Below are positions 15,284 through 20,000 of a stretch of 20,000 bases of DNA, in pieces. This stretch comes from an uncultured virus (IMG/VR IMGVR_UViG_3300037044_000254). Taxonomy: Duplodnaviria; Heunggongvirae; Uroviricota; Caudoviricetes. Made by a program: the position numbers and the translations under genes. Positions within the stretch are counted from its first letter, which is position 1. Each line of letters starts with the position of its first letter. The notes under the pieces were generated by a model. It ran no database searches and had not been told where the DNA came from. It was given only the letters and a program-made list of their open reading frames with translations. The stretch lies in the IMG/VR virus record IMGVR_UViG_3300037044_000254. One strand, written 5' to 3'.

Positions 15284-15444
15284 AGCGGCGGCCTCCGATC
15301 TTGGTTCCGGTAATACCAGACGACCCTGATCCTGGTGACGATCCCCCCAAGCCAATCCCAGACCCCCAGGATGATCAGGCCGGTGATCGCCGAGGCGATG
15401 ATGCCCATGCCGACGGCGTAGCCAAGTTTGAAGGCTTCGATCAT
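15280..15444 (-). CDS. 54-aa predicted membrane protein (MIEAFKLGYAVGMGIIASAITGLIILGVWDWLGG...)
   Basis: Fills the dnaC-ruvC gap with ATGA/GTGA coupling at both ends; one hydrophobic segment; absent from the ORF track. Confidence 0.7.
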   Translation of the reverse strand: MIEAFKLGYAVGMGIIASAITGLIILGVWDWLGGIVTRIRVVWYYRNQDRRPPL

Positions 15445-16112
15445 TTCTGCCACCTGCGATCCTTTCCCTCCAAAATTAAGGTTTCGCCCATACCGGAAAT
15501 CCTTGAGGCCAGCCGCTCCCCGAAATCTCCGTAGTGCTCCGTCACCTGGTCGAGACTGAAATTTGAAGTGATGATGGTGGGCAGACGGTGACCAGCCCGG
15601 TAATCGATGATGCTGTAGAGCGCCTCTTGCACCAGAGGAGTGCTCCGCTCGGTGCCCAGGTCATCGATCACGAGAAAGCGATACCGGGAAAAATCCTCGG
15701 TGATCTCGCTTGCCGGGGTGCTGAAGTTATTGCGGAACGAGTCCCGAAGCTTGTTAAACAGATCCACGCTGCGGATAAAAATCCGGCTATTTTCGCCCCA
15801 CTGCTGGATCTCCCGAACCAGATAAGCCACGGCCAGATGAGTCTTGCCGGTGCCAACCGGGCCGCAGATGAAAGGGGGCGGAACTTCGTAAGGCTGATGG
15901 AAGTCAAACAGCCGGGCCCCCAGGTGGATCGGGAACACTCCCTTTTCCAGGAGAATTCGCCTCAGGACCTGCTCCTGCTCCGCCGGGGTCGGTGGAGAGG
16001 GTTCGTGCTCGGGAGGCATATTTTCCAGGATGCGCTGGATTCGGTTTTTGATAAGCTCCAGGACCGGCTTGCCCTCTGCTGCCGCGATTCCTTGAGTCGA
16101 AGTCTCGGTCAT
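15441..16112 (-). CDS. DnaC/IstB-like ATPase (helicase loader)
   Basis: Walker A GPVGTGKT, Walker B LVIDDLG, 'TIITSN', 'RLASRI'. Confidence 0.9.
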   Translation of the reverse strand: MTETSTQGIAAAEGKPVLELIKNRIQRILENMPPEHEPSPPTPAEQEQVLRRILLEKGVFPIHLGARLFDFHQPYEVPPPFICGPVGTGKTHLAVAYLVREIQQWGENSRIFIRSVDLFNKLRDSFRNNFSTPASEITEDFSRYRFLVIDDLGTERSTPLVQEALYSIIDYRAGHRLPTIITSNFSLDQVTEHYGDFGERLASRISGMGETLILEGKDRRWQK

Positions 16113-16929
16113 AGTTACCCTCCAGGACCTTCAGGGCGTTGGTATCGTTGGCAATGAGAAAATCGAAGGTGAGCCAAGGCTTATTGAGAACCTTGACCTT
16201 GTTAAACAATCCCTCCCACCAGGCAGGGTCGCCTCGTTTGCGGATGCGGACAGCGAGCCGCTTGCTGCGTTCGGTGGTCAGTTCCGCCAGGGATGGTCTG
16301 CAACCCAAATCGATCCAGAGCTTAAAGACTTTGGCCGGAGTGATCTGCGGGGCAGGAGGGGGAGGGGCGGCGTTAGCCGACAATAGCACGTTAGTGCTAT
16401 TAGGTTTTTCTTGTAAGTGTAAATGTAAGTGTTGATTCTTACAGGCATCTCCTGATCCTGTCGGGACACCGTCAAGAGATTGTCCGGATTCTTTCGGGAC
16501 ATTATCAGGAGATTGTCCGGACACTGTCGGGACACTATCAGGAGATTGTCCTTGCCTTTTCTGCTTTCGGCGCTCTTTTTTCTTGGAATATTCGTCACAC
16601 CTCTCCGCCAGTTTGGGACAGGCTATCTCCTGCTTTTCCTGCCATAATTGAGAATCTATTGCATTTATCTGGGCCAGGAGGTTGCAAAATTCCATCAGGT
16701 ATTCAGGGGAACACCGGAGATCGTCAGCTACCAGGTCCAGATCGTAATCCGGTTCAAACTCAAATTTACCGTTCTTCTCTTCGGCCTTGCCAAGCTTCTC
16801 CAGGAGACGCCAATATCGCCCCATAGCGGCCATGGCGCCGTCTTCACCGCCACGAGACAGACCCCACTTTTCTATCTTACGGACCTTCTTGTTTTCATCG
16901 GCATCGCACTGGTGTTGGAACCATTTCAT
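15904..16929 (-). CDS. Phage replication initiator (replisome organiser-like)
   Basis: 'MKWFQH..D..NKKVRK' N-terminus, internal iteron-like repeats, 'TFDFLI....LKVLEGNYD' C-domain, upstream of the DnaC-like gene. Confidence 0.75.
   Translation of the reverse strand: MKWFQHQCDADENKKVRKIEKWGLSRGGEDGAMAAMGRYWRLLEKLGKAEEKNGKFEFEPDYDLDLVADDLRCSPEYLMEFCNLLAQINAIDSQLWQEKQEIACPKLAERCDEYSKKKERRKQKRQGQSPDSVPTVSGQSPDNVPKESGQSLDGVPTGSGDACKNQHLHLHLQEKPNSTNVLLSANAAPPPPAPQITPAKVFKLWIDLGCRPSLAELTTERSKRLAVRIRKRGDPAWWEGLFNKVKVLNKPWLTFDFLIANDTNALKVLEGNYDRDFDSRNRGSRGQAGPGAYQKPNPAHPGKYASRARTLSTDPGGAGAGPEANSPGKGSVPDPPGGPAV
16461..16551. repeat. Three 33-bp iteron-like repeats (putative replication origin)
   Basis: TCGGGACA..TCA.GAGATTGTCC at 16461, 16494 and 16527; adjacent AT-rich tract at 16391-16440. 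Confidence 0.75.
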
Positions 16930-17474
16930 TTTGCTTCCTGCCTCTTGGTCCCCAGCTTCACCACCCGGGCGCCGCCCCGAACTATCCGTACCATATGCAA
17001 CAGCGCCTCGGCCTTAGCCTGAAGCCGCCGGCAGGCCACCTCCACATCCTTAAGTTCGGCATCCCACGGGTGGTCGAACATCAATTCGCCATTGTCCATG
17101 GCGTCCACCAGGTCGGTAACCGCCTTCAGATAGGAGGCGGACCCCGAAATGACCTCGGTGGCGGCCCGGTTGATGTCGGCTTGATCCGCACTGGACTTAG
17201 GTATGGAATAGGCAACGCGGCCAAAGAGATGTTCCAGAAAATCCAAGAGGCGGTAATCCTGGCGTAAATGAATGATCTTAAGGAGTTCGGGACGCAAGAG
17301 ATTGTATTTAACTTCGTTCCCGTCCCGCATTTTGTAGAGAGTATAAGCTTCGACCCCGATGCCGGCGGCGGTTTCCTTTACTTCGCCTTCCGGGACCGTT
17401 TCGTAAACCAGGCGCTTTAGCTGGCGACGCTGGGTTTCCAGGGGTAGCTCTAAAAAATCCTCAATCTCAGGCAT
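16926..17474 (-). CDS. Phage regulatory CII-like protein
   Basis: HTH-like N-terminus, 'DYRLLDFLEHLFGRVAYSIP', position after the cro-like gene. Confidence 0.65.
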   Translation of the reverse strand: MPEIEDFLELPLETQRRQLKRLVYETVPEGEVKETAAGIGVEAYTLYKMRDGNEVKYNLLRPELLKIIHLRQDYRLLDFLEHLFGRVAYSIPKSSADQADINRAATEVISGSASYLKAVTDLVDAMDNGELMFDHPWDAELKDVEVACRRLQAKAEALLHMVRIVRGGARVVKLGTKRQEAK

Positions 17475-17511
17475 GAATCACCCATAGCTAATTTTTGAGA
17501 AGAATTTCCAC

Positions 17512-17540
17512 TTACACACAGGCTGATTGGGTGTTAAGGT
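17512..17540 (+). promoter_or_regulatory. PRE/pE-like promoter pointing toward cI
   Basis: TTACAC-N17-TAAGGT with extended -10 TGn, located between the cII-like and cro-like genes. Confidence 0.4.
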
Positions 17541-17548
17541 TGGCCAGC

Positions 17549-17713
17549 ATGAAAATTTCCGCCATAATCCCTGCTTGTGTCCGTTGCCTCCAGGCCTGCC
17601 CGAAGTGCCCGCACCTGCCTGAGGAGATCAGGCGGAGCCAGGCTGAGGGGGCCCTGAGGTTACTCAAGGAGATATTCCCCTGGCTTCCAGAGCCGGAGGA
17701 TCAGGAGGGGTAG
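17549..17713 (+). CDS. Possible 54-aa Cys-rich protein (CxxCxxxCxxC), antisense to the early operon
   Basis: ATG 8 nt after the putative -10; CVRCLQACPKC. Confidence 0.35.
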   Translation: MKISAIIPACVRCLQACPKCPHLPEEIRRSQAEGALRLLKEIFPWLPEPEDQEG

Positions 17714-17879
17714 CCATGGAGGGCAAGTCGTCAAAGGATAACTCTACGCCGCGCCTCTGCATGGCCCTTTTGATCCGGTGGAACATCTCGGGGCGGGGAG
17801 TGCGCTGGCCCCTGTTAATCTTCCGGATATAGTCCGGGTGACAAGGAACTTCGGTGGAGATTTCGACGGGTAGCTTCAT
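17664..17879 (-). CDS. Cro-like HTH regulator
   Basis: 'EISTEVPCHPDYIRKINRGQRTPRPEMFHRI' HTH; divergent from cI; likely leaderless ATG 17879. Confidence 0.7.
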   Translation of the reverse strand: MKLPVEISTEVPCHPDYIRKINRGQRTPRPEMFHRIKRAMQRRGVELSFDDLPSMATPPDPPALEARGISP

Positions 17880-17886
17880 GCCTAAT

Positions 17887-17915
17887 GGAATAAGACATGG
17901 CGTCTCCTTTGTCAA
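17887..17915 (-). promoter_or_regulatory. Early (cro) promoter containing operator O1 (17893-17905)
   Basis: TTGACA-N17-TATTCC; AGACA-tgg-CGTCT in the spacer. Confidence 0.65.
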
Positions 17916-17941
17916 GAAGAAAAAAATACTCAAAAGGCATA

Positions 17942-17970
17942 TTGATAAAAGAGACAAAATGTCTTAATTA
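17942..17970 (+). promoter_or_regulatory. cI promoter containing operator O2 (17952-17964)
   Basis: TTGATA-N17-TAATTA; perfect AGACA-aaa-TGTCT in the spacer. Confidence 0.55.
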
Positions 17971-17977
17971 GGATGCT

Positions 17978-18682
17978 ATGAAAAAGCCGGGAGAGATAAT
18001 CGCAGAGACTTTAGAAGCCAAGGGCTTAAAGGCGGAGGCACTGGCCCGCCTTGTGGGGATGAAGGGGGACACCCTTCGGAAAAAGATCAAAGGGGAACGG
18101 GAATGGCGCCCCAGTGAACTCTCCAAGATAGGGGATGCCCTGAGTATCCCCAAGTCCCACCTTTTAGGAGAGGATATTCGACCATTTCAACCACCGCAGC
18201 CGGTCATTACTGTTTTGGGGACACAGGCCGATATATTGCCCGGGATAAAGACCGAAGATTACCTGGCCGTCCCCCTGGTGGAGGGTTCCATTGCCGCTGG
18301 TTATGTCGGAGCTATTCCGGGGGATTATGTGAGGGGGCTGGTGTGGGTTTACCGGCCGGAGATCGGCAAGCGCCAGCACCACAACTTGAGAGCCGTCCAG
18401 CTGGCCAAAGACGCCCACTCCATGGAGCCCACCATCCGCCCCGGCGACATTGTTATCGTCGACCCGGAGGATCGGAAAATTAACCCAAAGGCGATCTATG
18501 CGGTGCGATTAGATTCCGAAGGTGGTTGTGCCATAAAAAGAGTCCGGGTAAGTGATAGTTACGTTGTCCTAATGTCCGACAACCGGGACCCTATTTATGG
18601 GCCGGTAGTTTTAACCAAAGACCGGGCCGAAAACTTAATCATCGGAAGGGTGATCTGGTCCTGGACCAGTTGGGTGAGGTAA
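17978..18682 (+). CDS. cI: CI-like repressor (HTH plus S24 autopeptidase)
   Basis: N-terminal HTH, 'IAAG' cleavage site, catalytic Ser (HSMEPT) and Lys (AIKRV). Confidence 0.92.
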   Translation: MKKPGEIIAETLEAKGLKAEALARLVGMKGDTLRKKIKGEREWRPSELSKIGDALSIPKSHLLGEDIRPFQPPQPVITVLGTQADILPGIKTEDYLAVPLVEGSIAAGYVGAIPGDYVRGLVWVYRPEIGKRQHHNLRAVQLAKDAHSMEPTIRPGDIVIVDPEDRKINPKAIYAVRLDSEGGCAIKRVRVSDSYVVLMSDNRDPIYGPVVLTKDRAENLIIGRVIWSWTSWVR

Positions 18683-18732
18683 GAAGGGCGGGGTGATGCG
18701 ACACAATGGGAGAGGAGTTAGTCGAGCTATTG

Positions 18733-18784
18733 ATACAAAATGTCTTTAAAATATATTGACATGAACGACTGAGTGTCTTATGCT
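18733..18784 (+). promoter_or_regulatory. xis-int promoter with operators O3 (18733-18745) and O4 (18766-18778)
   Basis: TTGACA-N17-TATGCT; ATACA-aaa-TGTCT and CGACT-gag-TGTCT. Confidence 0.7.
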
Positions 18785-18790
18785 TAATTC

Positions 18791-19129
18791 ATGCACTCCC
18801 TCCCCCACCCCGAACCCCTGCTCACTCGCGAGGAACTGGCAGAGCTTCTGAAGATTCATCCCCGTTCGGTTAAGCGGCATTATCTGAAAACCTGCGGCAA
18901 GATCGTCCCCGGGGCCCGGGGAGAGCGTTATAGTTGGCGGGAAATAAATGACTACATTGCCACCCAAAGGCAAGCGCAAAACCTGGTACATCGATTTTCA
19001 ACAGAACGGCCAAAGGTATTGCAAGGGGGGCTTTCCGACAAAACGGGAGGCCCAGGCCGCCGAGGCCGAATGGAAAAAAGAATTAAAGCAGAGTCCCGAG
19101 GCCTCGACCCCTACCGACACGGATTTTAA
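18791..19129 (+). CDS. xis: Excisionase-like HTH protein
   Basis: 'LLTREELAELLKIHPRSV...RYSWREINDYI'; directly upstream of and overlapping the integrase. Confidence 0.75.
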   Translation: MHSLPHPEPLLTREELAELLKIHPRSVKRHYLKTCGKIVPGARGERYSWREINDYIATQRQAQNLVHRFSTERPKVLQGGLSDKTGGPGRRGRMEKRIKAESRGLDPYRHGF

Positions 19130-20000
19130 AACGATCGCTTACGAGTATCTGGATTATAGTGAGCGGCGTTTTGTCACCAAGACTTATAAGGGCAAAGTTT
19201 TCGTCTACTCGCAATTCCTGCAGCACGCCGGCAACCTTCCTCTCCGACAAATCGACGCCCGGATTGTCGAAGGGTATCTGGCCACTCTCCCCCGCAACAC
19301 CAATTATAACCGGCACCGCAAATTCCTCTGCGCCTTTTTCCAATGGGCCTTTAAGCGAGGCCTGGTGGACCGCAACCCCTGCATCTATATCGACCAGATG
19401 CCTACCCAACCCAGCCGTAAGGTAATTCCTTCCCAAGAGGAGATGGTCAAGATCCTGATGGCCAGCGGCGAGTTTCGCCCCTTCTTCCTGGCTCTCTACT
19501 CCCTTGCGGCCCGGGTTGACGAAATCAACCGGCTCCGCTGGGAGGATGTGAATCTCGAGAAGCGCCTCGTGACCCTTTGGACCCGGAAAGGCAACGGTCA
19601 ATGGCGGCCACAACCCAAGCCGATGAATGAGGATTTGTATCAGGAGTTAAAAAGGCTGTATGGCAAGGCTTCCCAGGAATATGTCTTTCCAAACCCCAAG
19701 ACCGGCATGCCCTACCGGAACCGACGCAAACAGATCAGAAACGTCTGTGCCGTCGCGGGAGTGCCTTATTATGGGTTTCACGCGATTCGCCATCATGTAG
19801 CCTCCCTCATGGCCGACGAACACAAGGCCAGCCTCCCTACCATCCAGAGAATGCTGGGCCATACCCAGGTCAGCACCACGGCCCGGTATATTCAGTCGGT
19901 TACAGATGATCTGAGGGCCGCAGCGGAGAAGCTCAAAATAAAAAGTCCCGCGAATGACTCCCGCGACAGCAAAAAAGAAGGGGTTAGTCATAACGGCTAA
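18948..20000 (+). CDS. int: Tyrosine recombinase / phage integrase
   Basis: Catalytic R (AARVDE), K (TRKG), HxxR (FHAIRH), LGH and Y (TARY); N-terminal arm-binding domain. Confidence 0.95.
   Translation: MTTLPPKGKRKTWYIDFQQNGQRYCKGGFPTKREAQAAEAEWKKELKQSPEASTPTDTDFKTIAYEYLDYSERRFVTKTYKGKVFVYSQFLQHAGNLPLRQIDARIVEGYLATLPRNTNYNRHRKFLCAFFQWAFKRGLVDRNPCIYIDQMPTQPSRKVIPSQEEMVKILMASGEFRPFFLALYSLAARVDEINRLRWEDVNLEKRLVTLWTRKGNGQWRPQPKPMNEDLYQELKRLYGKASQEYVFPNPKTGMPYRNRRKQIRNVCAVAGVPYYGFHAIRHHVASLMADEHKASLPTIQRMLGHTQVSTTARYIQSVTDDLRAAAEKLKIKSPANDSRDSKKEGVSHNG

Larger units (their letters stand above)
1..20000. mobile_element. Prophage-like / phage-satellite-like integrative element (partial; extends beyond the window)
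   Basis: int-xis-cI-cro-cII-rep-dnaC-ruvC-terminase gene order; no host housekeeping genes anywhere in the window. Confidence 0.9.

Noticed and set aside
15441..16112. IS21 IstB transposition helper
   Set aside because: No IstA transposase or terminal repeats; the context is a phage initiator-loader pair
1147..16157. Long plus-strand ORFs antisense to real genes (e.g. 1147..1638, 8984..9694, 11110..11757, 15588..16157)
   Set aside because: Shadow ORFs expected from GC-rich codon usage; no motifs

Overview
The window holds the right-hand arm of an integrated, phage-related mobile element; almost all genes lie on the minus strand. From right to left: tyrosine integrase and excisionase; a CI(S24)/Cro-like/CII-like switch with four copies of an AGACA-N3-TGTCT operator; a replication initiator with iterons and a DnaC-like loader; a RuvC-like resolvase; a candidate DNA-modification cluster (radical SAM, DUF488, MTase-like/GNAT-like fusion, ParB-like) interrupted by a MazF-type TA pair; a stand-alone RNA polymerase alpha-CTD. 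The packaging region is unusual: the large terminase appears split into a stand-alone ATPase gene and two stand-alone RNase H-like nuclease-domain genes, one with intact acidic catalytic residues and one without, in permuted order around a TerS candidate. No portal, capsid or tail genes follow. Instead there is a ~600-nt hairpin-rich non-coding tract and a Rho-N-like/DUF488/AAA ATPase/DUF1257/DUF2997/DUF3150 module. All family calls come from motif recognition by eye, not database searches.
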